Below are positions 10,188 through 22,750 of a stretch of 64,000 nucleotides of DNA, piece after piece. Every line of letters starts with the position of its first letter. Positions within the stretch are counted from its first letter, which is position 1. The stretch lies in NCBI RefSeq assembly GCF_025526975.1, contig NW_026515677.1, positions 558,001 through 622,000 of the forward strand, read 5' to 3'. Both the position numbers and the translations under genes were made by a program. The notes under the pieces are model-generated. The model did not search any database, had not been told where the DNA came from, and was given only the letters and a program-made list of their open reading frames with translations. This stretch comes from Fimicolochytrium jonesii. Its lineage: Eukaryota.

Positions 10188-12157
10188 ATGCACATCAAAT
10201 CCGCCCTGGGCAGCCTAGCGCTCATGTCAGCGCTGACGGTTCAGACCGCCCTCACAGCTGATGTGTCAGCAAATAGAACTAGCCCGCATCTGTTCCCGAC
10301 CTTCCACCTACGCCCCGCGCAACACTGGATCAATGATCCGTGTGGGCCGTACTACGATCCGGCGACAAAGGAGTATCATTTGTTTTATCAGTATAACCCT
10401 TACGATGTGGAATGGGGAAATGTGAGTATCAGAAACTCCATCTCGCCGCATTAACGTATCATCGACTAATTCCTTTGACTCAGATTACATGGGGTCATTT
10501 CTCCTCAAACGATCTCTCCACCTGGACCGACCGCGGCGTTGCCCTGACCCCGGGTCCCAGCGCCTTCGATGCGCTCCACGTCTTCTCCGGCTCCGCCGTC
10601 GCCAACGGCTACAAGGGCTACCCGACCATCTACTACACCGGTGTCAACTACGGCCCTATCAGCTGGAAGATCCCTTTCACGCGCGGCGCCGAGACGCAAG
10701 CAATAGCGTACACGACCGACCACGGCGCGACATGGACGAAAGTCGCATCGACGCCACTGTTGAGCGGCGCCGACGCACCGAAGGGTAACCTAACGGGCTG
10801 GCGCGACCCGTTCGTGTTCAAGTCCCCGGCTATCGATACGGCTACGGTGAACAACCGCAGCGACACCCATTATATGATCGTCTCCGGCGGAAAGCAGGAG
10901 AATGCCGAGCAGGAGGACGATTTCGGCCCGTCGTTGTTCCTGTACAAGAGCGATGACTTTGTCACCTGGAAGGACGCTGCGGCAGACCCGACCCCGTTCT
11001 TGCATTTCGGCGCAAATGCGACATGGAAGGACGCACCCGCCGAGCGGGCGGGATCGTTTGGGTACAATTTCGAGTTGACGAATCTCGAGTCTATCGCCGA
11101 CGACTGGGGGAACCGGTGGAACATCATTGTTGCGGGTACCGAAGGCGGACGAAGTATCTTCGACCAGCATTTCCCCATGTGGATCGCGGGAGATATTACC
11201 GGCAGCCCCACGAATGGAACCATGGTGCCCAAGTTCGAGCCAACGTTGGCGGGCGTGGGCGACTGGGGGATCTACTACGCGCAGAACGGGTTCATCGACC
11301 CCGTATCCGGCAAATGGATCGTGTGGGGCTGGTCGAACGAGGATGATGGGCCGGCGCCGCATGTGGATCGCCAGCAGCGGGGTTGGGCAGGGATCCTGAG
11401 TGTGCCGCGGGAGCAGTTTGTTAAGACTGTTGGTGGGCTTGATGAGAGGACGGCCAAGGAGATTGACAACGGGTCGGGCATCTGGAGGGCGCAGCAGAAT
11501 CCAAAGAACGCAAGTGACTGGAGGGTCGCTACATTGGGCGTTCGACCCGCAGAAGCATTCTCCACCCTTCGAGCAGACACCCTCATCGACATCAAACCGT
11601 CCAGCCCCCTCACAAACGGAGCCCTCCTCACAAACGGCAGAACACCCATCACAGCCACTGTGGCCGATGTTACCCTCCGCTTCCCCACACCTCCCACCGG
11701 CACCCAAAAAGCCGGCCTCACCATCCTCCGCTCCCCTGACAGCACCGAACAGACCCACATCTACTACGACGCGTCCACCCGCCAGATCATCGCCGACCGG
11801 TCCAACTCATCCACCCTCGCCAACGCAGGCAAGACGGTCATGGCCGGCGCGCTGGATCTCCTCCCCGGTGAGCCGCTGGATATGCGGATCCTGGTGGATG
11901 GATCGATTGTGGAGGTTTTTGTGAATGAGCGATTCGCGATGACCGTGCGTGTGTACCCCACGAGTGCTGAATCGGCGACGATGGCGTGGTATAGCGTAGG
12001 AGCGGCGCCGGCGGCGGAGGTGACGGTTGTGGGTGTCAAGTCGGCGTTTAGGGATGTGTCGGCGCCGGCGCCTGTAGTCAGCAGCGCGGGGGCGACGGGG
12101 AGGAATGGAGGGTCGGTTGGGGTTGTTGCGCGGTTTGTTGCTAGCTTCTTTGTCTGA
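10188..12157 (+). CDS. Secreted GH32 beta-fructofuranosidase/inulinase; one intron at ~10422-10483
   Basis: Signal peptide; HWINDPCG, YHLFYQYNP, ITWGH, VFSGSA, WRDPFV, FGYNFE; C-terminal beta-sandwich motif ILVDGSIVEVFVN. Confidence 0.93.
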
Positions 12158-12528
12158 GCTTCCATCAGCCGATTTGTCGGTTTGTAATTTGTAGATAGTT
12201 TACCTAGATTTTGCATGTAGGTGTTTTTGATTTCCCATATCCTTCTTGTCCGTGACTACATCATTGGAACTTTGATCTCCTGCTGCCTATGGTACAGAAG
12301 ATTGGACACATGCCATGAAAGAGTTCTTCCTTCCAACACAGCCAGAACGAGGATTCCTGTTCAACTCCTTATACTGATTGATGTCCCAAGACTTTCCAAA
12401 ATGCATGTCTAAAAGGCCAAAGAATGGCGGGGATAGAACTATCTCTCTAAATCTAAGCACGCCGGGAATATTTCGCATGCAGCACACGTACGCCTAACAG
12501 AGGAAACGGCCCAAAAAGATCTCTAGAA

Positions 12529-13401
12529 CTAGAAGTACTTGGGGAAGGCAACCTTGGCCACGGCGCCAACGTCAGCGGCAATAAGTGCGTGTGTGGCCGT
12601 GGTGGGGTGCAGACCGTCCCAAAGCGCAAAGTCCTGCACATTCGGGCAGATCGTCATGGTGGTGAGGTCCAGACAACCGCCTTGAAGGTCGGTCTTCGGG
12701 TTCTTCACGAGCAACTGACCAGCAATGGCGGCAAAGGTGGCGACCATGTCGATGGCAACGACATTCGCCTTGGGCTTGGTCAACTTCAGAGTGGCCAGCG
12801 CAGCGCCCAGCCTGAGGTTGTGTTCCGCGAACGGGACGTAGGATGATGGGGGCAGGTTGAACACGATCAGGTCGTCGTAACCAGCGTCGATGAGCTTGTT
12901 GATTCCCTGCATGGTGAACGCAACGACATCTGCGGCGTTGACTGTTTTACCAAGCTCCGGGGCGTGGATGTAGTCGTTCCCGCCTGTCCAGACCGTGGCG
13001 ACGGTCTTGTTGGGCTTGGCATCCTTGGAACGTCTCGAGAGGAACTGGTCGACCTGCTGGACGAAGCCGGGCATGGTGGGGTACCTGGTACCGTGCTCGA
13101 TAGCTGGGTTCACATCGGTGTTGGATGTGGAGATGCCGAAGGCGAGGTCGACCAGGTTGGCGTTTGCGGTCTGAGCGAGGTATTCGGCCCAGACGGGGCC
13201 GTTGCTCCATCGGCCATTGGTGTAGTATGGGGATGGAGGCATCGTCTTGTTTGTGATCAGGTTGAAGGAATTTCCATTGTCGCTGAGCGAGTCACCGAAG
13301 GCGACGATGTTGAAGGAAGGCTTCTTGATGGCCGCCGCGAACGCTCCTGGGATGGACACCAGGGCGGCAAGAGCGATGAAGGGGGTGATCGTGAAGAGCA
13401 T
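12529..13401 (-). CDS. Secreted GDSL/SGNH lipase-esterase, intronless
   Basis: Signal peptide; blocks VAFGDSLSDNGN, GRWSNGPVWAEYL, WTGGND, LWDGLHPT. Confidence 0.93.
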   Translation of the reverse strand: MLFTITPFIALAALVSIPGAFAAAIKKPSFNIVAFGDSLSDNGNSFNLITNKTMPPSPYYTNGRWSNGPVWAEYLAQTANANLVDLAFGISTSNTDVNPAIEHGTRYPTMPGFVQQVDQFLSRRSKDAKPNKTVATVWTGGNDYIHAPELGKTVNAADVVAFTMQGINKLIDAGYDDLIVFNLPPSSYVPFAEHNLRLGAALATLKLTKPKANVVAIDMVATFAAIAGQLLVKNPKTDLQGGCLDLTTMTICPNVQDFALWDGLHPTTATHALIAADVGAVAKVAFPKYF

Positions 13402-13570
13402 GGCTGCAAGTTACTTGTCTTTGATGGGAGACGTAGTAGGGTATCGTTGACTGAGGAGAAGAAGAGGGAGACGGCGACCATCGGGCATCTTTTATATCCC
13501 CAGCCGTCGACAGCGCGACCGTGGGTTCGGAGACGGCAGGACCACGACGGGCCCCCTCAGTGTATCTGCG

Positions 13571-13631
13571 TGTGTACCATATGTGTACTATGTGTCTACT
13601 ATGTGTGTACTATGTGTGTACTATGTGTGTA
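13571..13631 (+). repeat. TATGTG(TG)TAC minisatellite upstream of the GDSL gene
   Basis: About five imperfect 9-11-bp units read directly. Confidence 0.8.
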
Positions 13632-15149
13632 TTTGCAGTGTTCCTATATCGGTCTCCCAATTGGTCTCCCCATGGGTCAGTCTGTTCCCAAATCGAGCGC
13701 TTGGTGATCCGCGAGCGGCTTACTTGTCCGAAACACGAGAAGAACGACACCAGTCAAACAGGCCCAAAACGCGTCGCAGATCACCTAATCAGCCATCACG
13801 CGTGTTTGGTGGATTAGGAGGAGGGGCGGGTGGCTTACTCCGTCTCACATTTCATCCTCAACGCCATCGTAGGATCTACACAGCGGAGCTTGCAATTATC
13901 CCCCCACCGTCATACAGAAATGTCCTAGCAGCTAGATCATCTCGCGATGTGTCTCTCTATGTGTCCAATGGGCCCATAAGAAGGCGGATCTGCGAGTGGC
14001 TCTCCTTGGCCAAGGACCGCGAACCCTAATCCGGTGGTTTCCCTTTTCAACACGAGAGGCACCCTATATAGATCTAGATATGTGGCTTCCACTTTTGGAG
14101 CAGACCACCCAATGGTCCCCTGTGCCACTGCGGGTCTTATTTTTTGCCTCAGCTCCCGTGAGGCCCATAGGACGAATGGCTGACATCGTGCGGACTCCCG
14201 GACTGGAGGAGCATGAGGAAGCTTGCGATTGCCGAGTCGCACAATTAGCTCCGCCGTCCAGGAAGCTCTCCTTCTGCTCCTCACTTCGCACCGGCAACCT
14301 GCATTCGATGTTGCCGAAAATCAGACGTGATTTTTTCATCACCAGTTGCCCGAAGATCACACATGGTTTTTCGTAACTAGTAACTAGTGTAACTAGTTTG
14401 CTATACATAATACCCTTTATGCAAACCTCAATGCTGCCATTTCTTCAGTCGGAGGAAAACAAGCAGCACGATGACATCTTTCCCAACCGCCGACCACGTG
14501 TAAACGCCCAAATCGCGGAGCGTTGGTCCTCCCAGTTTGTTGCATACACCGCGTAGATCTTTCTATTCAACTTTTCAGTCGCCTGCGGGTTGCCTTTTCA
14601 GGGTTGTCGTTGAGCCAGAGACAGCAGGGCCTATTCAGGATTCGCATAACCTCCTGTCTCTGACTCAAAGAAAAATCTGACGAACGGTATCGGTGGGTCA
14701 ACGTGTTAGCGGGCTCCAACCTCGGTGGATGGGAACTCGAACCCCCGCGTCTGCTATCGCTTCGACTGCGACTTTCTGATGGTTCTGTATATATCCCATG
14801 CCGCGCGTGTCGTTCAAAAAAGTCTTTATAAGGAGCTGGCAGGGATAGGTCTTCCGTGAGCTGGGGGAGATTGAGGAGGCTCTCAGTTTACAAGAATTCC
14901 TATGAACCATCGATGCCCCAATAATCACCATGACGTTAAGGTCTCCATCTTCTGTACCGCCCGACGTTGATATGGACTGCGTCGTCCAATACGCGTACTT
15001 ATCAATCCTGTCGAGAGAACGGTATGAAATGAGAGTCAAGCGTAATTTTCCACCAAATAAATACGCGAAGTGAGAAACTCAGCATCTCACGGATGGGCTC
15101 ATGCGTTCGGAGACTAACTCCTTTGCAGAGTACATCACGACACTGATAT

Positions 15150-17127
15150 GTGTCAGCGAGGTTTCGTCAAGCACCGCGCTACTATCTTTCCTCGCTCAAT
15201 TGAGCAGGGCTGCGTTCCTTGCAGTTTCACCGCAGTATAACGATCCCACTCCCCATCTACCAGCGGACTGTCCATGTTGTCTCTTTCCACCATCGATACG
15301 ACATCGGGCTTGGGGGCATCGGGCATCCTTTGTACGAGCGAGGCGAGGATCGCCTCGTCGAACGCATTCACCCTTATCGTCACTACCGTGGAGCAGATAA
15401 AGTCCCCTATACAGATATACAGGACACACAGCAGTGAGAAACGGGTTAGAACTTATGCGGTTGTAGTCTACCGTTATCCGCTCCCGCCAACGTCCGCTCA
15501 AGGGTGGCGTTCTTACGCGTTCCCTCCGCGTTTAGTACAGCCTCTATTGCACTCCTGAGGATTGCGTTGTAGATGACGTCCGAGGCCTCACGAGCACTGG
15601 CTAGGTTAGAGAGAGCGACGGGGATGTCCAACAAGCTTAAAGCGAGCATGATCATGGATAAAAGTACGATCTGTGGATGTTTAAGCGAAATGCGTTCTCA
15701 ACTCCGTGATGGTACAATAGATGCACAACAGCAAATCGGATATTGAAGGGCTTACCACCGCTTTATCTCCCGGAATCTGATCCTTATTGACCATCTGGCC
15801 GCCGAACCAAAATCCAAAGGCAAAGATCAAAAATAGGACCCCTTGAAAGGCGCCAATCGCAAATCCAGACGCAAATGCCTTCTTCTGGTCTGTCTTGGAG
15901 ACGGTGCGCGAGGGTCTGCTGGTATCTTGTGGCGAACCGCTTTTGCATGGAAAAGGCAAAGATGGTGCGAACTCCGGATATAGCTTGCTCGGCTACCGAC
16001 GATGCTACGGAATAGGCGTCGCTGCTCTGCTTGACCATCTTGGGAGTCTACTCGGACCATGATGTAGCCAGCGAGGAACAGCAGCGGCATCGTTGCCAAC
16101 CTGAGGATGCATGTGGAGTGAGACAAGCCATGCTCGCCCGTGGTGTTCAGAGAGTTAACACCGTGCACACATGATCAAAGTCAGATTCCATCCAGCCTTG
16201 AAAGCAATGACAAGACTTGCAAAGACAGTTCCAACGATGGTAAAGAGGTTCCCGGTGCTTTCGCCAAGGCCGGCTCGGACAATGGGTATATCTTTGGCGA
16301 GGCGCGCACTCAGAGACTCTCCTTAGCCTGCAAGCCAAGTTCTCAGTAGGCTAAAACATGTGCGTGGAATCTTCATGCACTACTATAGTAGAAACTTACC
16401 AGACCGAACCAAGCTGAATCTTTGTGTAGCACATTCGTGAGGTATAGAACGGATATGCGCTAAAGCAAATGTCAGCGGGTGAGTAGGCAGGCGTACATAA
16501 TAAAAGTGATCGCTGCTGAGTGACAGGCACCTTGATCTGACTCTCCGCGCTGAGCACCCATAGGGCGCGGCTGATGTAGGTCAAGAAGAGGAGCATGAAA
16601 CCGAGAATCCCAAAGATGATCGACTTGTCGTATAGCTTATTATTGCCGTTCGCGCCTCCCATGAACCCGGAGAGGACATCACCCACCGTCTGGATGGCGA
16701 ACGGGTTCACTGTCCCGATTGCCATGCTTGCGAAAGCGGCAACGCTGAAGCACACGATAAAGGACAATCAGACTCCACTTCAAATCATCGATGCATATCT
16801 AGATCATACTCACATGATCATGGAAACCTCTGTGGTATCGGCAAACTGCCAAGTCCAATGAACGAGACGGGCGGATTCGCAGGTGCCGGATTCGGGAGCA
16901 GCTGTACCTCCTTGGCAGCTTCGTCCCTATACCCCTCATCCGAATGAAGTGTCATCGGGAATCTCGACGAATGTGGGGTAGGTAGACTTGGCCGCGCATT
17001 TCAAAGTCTCGGTCAGTGTTCATCCCCGACTTGGGACTTCCCCAGCTATCCCGGCTGCTCTTTCATGGAGAACTGGGACGTGATGTGCTGGCTGAACATC
17101 TGCATAGGCGTCGAGGGAGGCAAACAT
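15150..17127 (-). pseudogene. ABCB (MDR/P-glycoprotein) transporter pseudogene; first TMD only, several frameshifts
   Basis: Fragments PVSFIGL/WQFADTTE, LWVLSAESQIK, VLHKDSAWF, SLSARLAKD...GWNLTL, DAYSVASSVAEQAISGVRTIFAF, FAFGFWFGGQMV lie in different frames with no room for introns (~16850, ~16045, ~15905). No Walker A or LSGGQ was found. Confidence 0.8.
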
Positions 17128-18035
17128 GCTCATTGCTGATTTAGCTTGTAGGCGCCTTTCAAAGGGACGTGCTCTGTCAATGACACCATGGATATGCTAC
17201 AAGCGGAACTCCTTTTGAGATTACTGACGGTAGACCAGTTGATGAGTATCGGACGGAAAACGAAAGAACAGGAAGGCCTATTGTTCGATATCTTGCTGTC
17301 GTTCTGAGTAGGAGTTTCCTTTCGTACTGGAAATGGTCAGGGCGGGAGAACGCGCTGTCGATTGTTCTTTGTCTGTGGCTGCGCAAAGCGGAGTTCCGCT
17401 CTCTGCTTGTTGGACCTTCTCCTCTTGCCATGATCGTCCGGACTGGGAAATGGAGGTCCGATTTTGGGAGTCCCATAGATCCACAAGCATGGACGCCCGC
17501 GGACTCGGGTCTTGGCATCCGATATTACTGAGGAGAGCTCCAATCTTTCGGAGATGGAGTACCAGCGGTTTGAGAGCTTTATGAACAATGTTCCAAAGGT
17601 TAACATGGCGACTCTCAGAGGCCGAGCACCAGGGTCGATTGGAGGCCGGTGGTGAGGAACACAAGGGAATCGAAAAGGAAGTCCGAGGTGTTTTCTGGGA
17701 CCCAGTGTCGGACGATGTGGGGATATGACTGCGGCAGTGCGGCGCCAAGAGTGACCTCCTGATGGTTGAGGAAACCCAATGAGCTTGACAGATGTACGAC
17801 AGACCTTATATCACCCCAAGCATACGGCCGCAAGACCGATGGTATATAAGAGCGATCGGTTTGCTCGCCCCAATGATTTCCGACATCCCACAACGTCATC
17901 GCGCTTACCGGTAACCGCTAACCTCCCGTTGTAAGCTACCATAAATTGGGGTCGGAACGTGTCTCGGTTTTACACTTCTTCACTTCGGTGTGTCAAATCA
18001 CTGTCGAATTTTTTAATCGCCTTACATCCGCCAAA

Positions 18036-19195
18036 ATGTCAAGCAACATTGATTGTATGGATGTCTCGTCTTACGAATTTATCGTTGGCTTCTGAGGCCC
18101 CTGCCTAACTAAGGTTTCCCTTCCACAGGGTCTAATACCTTCTTCGGCTACGAGCCTTCCGGTTGGGCACCATTCCTCGCCGCTGTAAGTTCGAGTGTGC
18201 TTGCCCTGCCGTTGTGAGATTCTCCAGCATCAATGGTCTCACGCCTAGATTTTCTATTTTTCCAGGGGCTTTTCTTGGTCTTGGGTTTGCTGCATGTCGT
18301 TCAAATGATACGGTTCAAAACCTACTACATGGGGTGGATCATCGCGGGGGCCTTCTGTGAGTTATATTTGAGCTTTGCGGTGGTCATATTGAAACACTTC
18401 GCTAACTTCCATCCCCTCCTGCTGACAGTCGAGACCATCGGTTACCTCATACGCCTGAAATCGAGAGCAGATCCCACGGTCATGAATATTTACGCAGCGC
18501 AAAACGGCTTGATCATCATTGCGCCGGTGTTCTTTGCTGCATCGGAGTACATTCTATTGAGCCGAATGTAAGCATGCCCCCCTCAATGCCTACTGTGCAG
18601 GCAAAGACATTGACGTCTGGCCATCCTTCGCTTCACAAGTATCAACCACGTCGGGGGACAGTTCTCCGTAATTCGACCATCACGCATAGCAAAGATCTTC
18701 GTCGGCATCGACATCGTCTCCTTTCTCGTACAAATAGCAGGAACCGGCCTTCTCGTGGGCACCAAGGATATCTCAATGCAAGACATAGGCCTGAAAATCA
18801 TGTTGTTCGGTCTGATCCTCCAAGTTATCTCCTTCGCCGGTTTTCTCATCGTCGCGGTCCTTTTCCATCGCCGAGCGGCACACGTTCATGGACAATGGTC
18901 CAAGTTGATCAAAGCGCTGTACATCAGCTGCATCTTCATTCTCATTAGATCGATATATCGTGTGATCGAATTCGCCCAAGGATTCAAGTCTGATCTCGCA
19001 CACAACGAGAGGCTCATGTATATCTTTGACATGGGCTTGATGGTGCTGGCTATCGCTGTGTTTATCATCGTGCACCCGGGCAAGGCACTGAATGGTGCAT
19101 CGGCCGGTCAACCAGCAAAGACTGACGTTGAAACACCGATGGAGATGGGTCGAAAGCGCGATGATAACCACCACCGGGAGGGTCGCCGACATTGA
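18036..19195 (+). CDS. RTA1-like 7-TM protein (Rta1/Rsb1 lipid-translocating exporter family), multi-exon
   Basis: ETIGYLIR, LIIIAPVFFAASEYILLSR, KIFVGIDIVSFLVQIAG, GLILQVISF, LIRSIYRVIEFAQG, ERLMYIFD. Confidence 0.9.
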
Positions 19196-20292
19196 AATCG
19201 TAGTTTCCATTCGAGGTTTGCACTAGCGACTTTTTGTAGCCTTTTTTCATCTTGTACTTTTGTAATGTTATATACGTCTTAACCATCGGCATTGAAGAAC
19301 ACGAGGCCCTCTGGGAGTGGCGATCGCACAATTGGATGACATTGACAGGTTTTGACAGTTGTGGCCACAATCGAGCGCGTCCGATGCGATTTCCCAGAAG
19401 GATGGCCAATTTCGAATCGTAAAAACCACTGGACATCGGATCTGAGACCAGAAAACAGCAAATGTGGGCGTCGCACATATCCATCGCCCCCGGACCGCTC
19501 GTCTCATGTCAAGAAGAGAGGCCGAAACCATTTGGTAAGATGAGATCGCCATCGACCTCCGCCGCAAGGGGTTGGTTGCAATAATCGGAGTCTCCGGCGG
19601 ATTGCCAGTGGTGGAAAAACAGTGGGAGGGGGGGTTCGCGACGTGGCCACCGATGTGACTGTGCTCAGCTTGTGCGATCGAGCGATCCAAGGCGGTTTGC
19701 AACATGCAACATCCGAACGTGTTGCAACCATCCCATCCAATAATGCATACTGAACGCAGGGTCCCTGGTCCCGGGGGGTTGTCAAATATGATAAAAGGAC
19801 GGCCGAAAGGTTGTGCATTCCCCTCGGGCTCAGCTTCACCATCGTCCAGTTCATTTTCGAAAATTCAAAGAGTCAATCAGCAAGGTGAGCGAGCACAGCC
19901 AGAAGAACAGGGCGGCGCTGGGTAGAGGAGTGTTGGAAACGATCAATTATTGTCCGGGAGGAAGCTTGCAACATGATTGAAAAACATCTCGCAGCCGAAT
20001 CCCACGTCCGGCTTGTCGGTCATGCCACGGATCGTAGCAGGATAGATGCGGTGGTGGCGACAATGGAATGAGGGAGGGCCATGAGGCCGAACGCAAACAT
20101 TTTCAAGAGCGCACAACTCATCTTGACCTCCCTAGAAAATCAACACGTATATCCGTAAGAAAACTCGCGACAGACTAGGATCCGGAACAATTTACACGAG
20201 GACCAGCGTCGCCCAAAATCCCAGTCGAACGAAGACGCGCCACATCTCGCAAGCGAAAGTTTCCCACACATCAGCGTTCAACCCTTAACCGA

Positions 20293-21795
20293 ATGGACCG
20301 ATTATCCTCTCCAAGTCATGCGCCGGTGGCGAATGTCATCTCGGAAACGTCCGAACCTGTTGGAAATGACATCAAGGTCGTCGCAAAATCGGCCGGCAAT
20401 AGTGTTCTAAGTTTCGCTAAAATAGCCTTAGCCACCCTCTCCCCAACCCGGTACTTGATCTCCGCCGCTCAAAAGGCATGCCTGAACACATTACGACGCA
20501 CGAGAGTTGGGCGTCTGACGATCACGGCAAGAGACGGAACGGTACACACATTCGGCAGCGACTCTCATCTGAGCAACGCGACATCACCGATAGAAGCATC
20601 GCTGATCGTCCGGAACGATAACTTTTGGCTTCGGATAGCGCTTTTCGGCGCCCTCGGGTTCGGCGAAGCGTACATGTATGACGAAATCACGGTTCCGACA
20701 GACCTGGCGTCGTTGATGATTCTCCTGACACAGAATCGAGATGCCTACGCGGAGATGAACCTGCTCCCAGCCGGTCTCAACGCGGCGTTGAACAACCTGC
20801 TCCTCTCGCGTATCCCCAACACCATCCTTAATGCCGTCAGCAACATTCAAGCGCATTACGACCTCGGGAACGACATGTTTACGTCGTTTTTGGACCCCAC
20901 CATCATGTACTCCTGTCCAATATGGAAGACCGTGCCAACGGGCACCGAGTCTTTGCGAAAAGACGGACCCGAGGAAGACCCAGAAGACACCCTGGAACAG
21001 GCGCAATATCGGAAGGTCCACGCCATGCTCGATATGGCGCACATCAAACCAGGCCATCACATCCTCGAGTTTGGAACTGGGTGGGGAACCCTCGCGATCG
21101 AAGCTGTTCGCCGATATCCCGGCAGCAAGGTGGTTTCTCTGACCCTTAGCAAAGAGCAAAAGATTCTCGCAGAGGACCGTATCGCCGCCGCCGGCTTGTC
21201 GAATTCCATTACAGTGCTTCTCTGCGATTACCGCAATCTGAAGCCGACGGACTACCTCCCAGCGGGCAAGACTACATTCGACCGCATCGTCTCCATCGAA
21301 ATGCTCGAAGCCGTTGGACCGGAGAACCTGCCTGTCTTCTTCGCCAAATGCAACGAATACCTTGACCCCAAACATGGTGTTTTGGCACTGCAAGTCATCA
21401 CCATGCCCGATGCCCGTTACGAAGCGTATTTGCGGAAAACGGATTTCATTCAAAAGCACATCTTCCCCGGAGGACATTGTCCTTCCGTGTCCGCCATTGT
21501 CGCCGCGGCGTACAAGGGCACGCGGGGCAACCTGATCCTAGACGACCTCGACAACATCGGCCCGCACTACGCGCAAGCCCTCCGCATCTGGCGCCACAGG
21601 TTCCTCGAGAACTTCGACAGCGTCGCAGCGTCTGCAGAGAACCGAGATGCACCCTACGACGCCACGTTCAAGCGGAAATGGGAGTTTTACTTTGCGTTCT
21701 GTGAAGCTGGATTCGCGACGCGCACACTGGGCGATATTCAGGTCCGATTCACGAGATGCGAGAACGTAGACTTGTTAGAAGGGATTCCCCTCTGA
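20293..21795 (+). CDS. Cyclopropane-fatty-acyl-phospholipid synthase family SAM methyltransferase, intronless
   Basis: LGFGEAYM, NIQAHYDLGNDMF, MYSC, ILEFGTGWG, LTLSKEQ, FDRIVSIEMLEAVG, FIQKHIFPGG, HYAQAL, RKWEFYFAFCEAGF. Confidence 0.95.
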   Translation: MDRLSSPSHAPVANVISETSEPVGNDIKVVAKSAGNSVLSFAKIALATLSPTRYLISAAQKACLNTLRRTRVGRLTITARDGTVHTFGSDSHLSNATSPIEASLIVRNDNFWLRIALFGALGFGEAYMYDEITVPTDLASLMILLTQNRDAYAEMNLLPAGLNAALNNLLLSRIPNTILNAVSNIQAHYDLGNDMFTSFLDPTIMYSCPIWKTVPTGTESLRKDGPEEDPEDTLEQAQYRKVHAMLDMAHIKPGHHILEFGTGWGTLAIEAVRRYPGSKVVSLTLSKEQKILAEDRIAAAGLSNSITVLLCDYRNLKPTDYLPAGKTTFDRIVSIEMLEAVGPENLPVFFAKCNEYLDPKHGVLALQVITMPDARYEAYLRKTDFIQKHIFPGGHCPSVSAIVAAAYKGTRGNLILDDLDNIGPHYAQALRIWRHRFLENFDSVAASAENRDAPYDATFKRKWEFYFAFCEAGFATRTLGDIQVRFTRCENVDLLEGIPL

Positions 21796-22387
21796 CCGCG
21801 CACGGGGGACTACCACCGTTGTACACATGTAGAGCCCGCGGCACTGCTACGGATTGACTAGAAACGTCCCACCATATGGAACAGGACTGGCCGGAGTTTC
21901 TTGCCACCTTATTTCGAATCTTATATCATTTGGCTTTCCTTTCTGACACGCTGCGCGAAACGTGAGATACGTGTTTCCGGCTTCAACCTGGCATCGTTTG
22001 CTTCGCCTTCTTGTTCATCTCTTGGTTAACGTGCATGGGCTCGACTTTTACGTACCCAAGCTTCAACCCTGAAAAACCTTATCGTTCTTCCAAAGTTGAT
22101 CTTTGAGTATCTTCTTTCGATGTACCTCCTTGTCCCCCATTGTCCGTTTGTATCACAACCATCTTCCGCATAGACTCCAATTGATTGACCTTCTTGCGTT
22201 TCCGGTGTCCCTTGAGGTATGAAGTTTGAACTTCCGAAAAGTGGTCGCGTCTTCCCTCGTGGGACTGCTCTCGTCTCGAACGCTTTTCCGTCCCCTCCTC
22301 GTCTGTTGGAATTATAAACCGATTTTGAAGAAACTCTTGCACCAGTCACCCAAGCGAAAAACTCTTCCCAGCGCAATTACCACCGCC

Positions 22388-22750
22388 ATGACGCCGTCAC
22401 CCATCAACACCGCTGCCACAACCACGCCAAGCCGCCCAATCCCATCCCCATCCACCGCCGCACGCATCCCCCTCCCAGCCCCCGAAGCAGTCCTACAGGA
22501 CCTCATCTCACTTTCTCACACCGTCACCGCCAACCACAACGAACCTCCTGCCAGTACTGAGCTCTCACCTGCGTCGACCTTCTTGACCAAGGCGTCCCTG
22601 GAAACGGACCCCGAAGCCATTGTGCAAAGCTTGATTTCCTTGCAGCGCAGCGTGACGGTGGAGGCGCCGGCTGCGTTGGATGCGGCGGGGGGGTTGGCTG
22701 ATAGGTCGGATGGCCTCATTGTGGAAGTTTTGAGGAATTGTGCGCAATGA
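22388..22750 (+). CDS. Hypothetical ~120-aa protein with an internal duplicated helix
   Basis: ATG in CCGCCATG context, TATAAA at ~22313; repeat PEAVLQDLISLSHTVT / PEAIVQSLISLQRSVT. Confidence 0.45.
   Translation: MTPSPINTAATTTPSRPIPSPSTAARIPLPAPEAVLQDLISLSHTVTANHNEPPASTELSPASTFLTKASLETDPEAIVQSLISLQRSVTVEAPAALDAAGGLADRSDGLIVEVLRNCAQ

Noticed and set aside
10790..11758. 322-aa antisense ORF; similar shadow ORFs lie over GDSL, CFA synthase, GALE, HAUS5 and FAN1
   Set aside because: Explained by GC-rich codon bias of the sense gene; no recognisable motifs.
14373..14397. TAACTAGT repeated three times
   Set aside because: Very short local slippage repeat with no associated structure.
17177..17900. 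ORFs between the ABC pseudogene and RTA1
   Set aside because: No recognisable domain or consistent exon structure.
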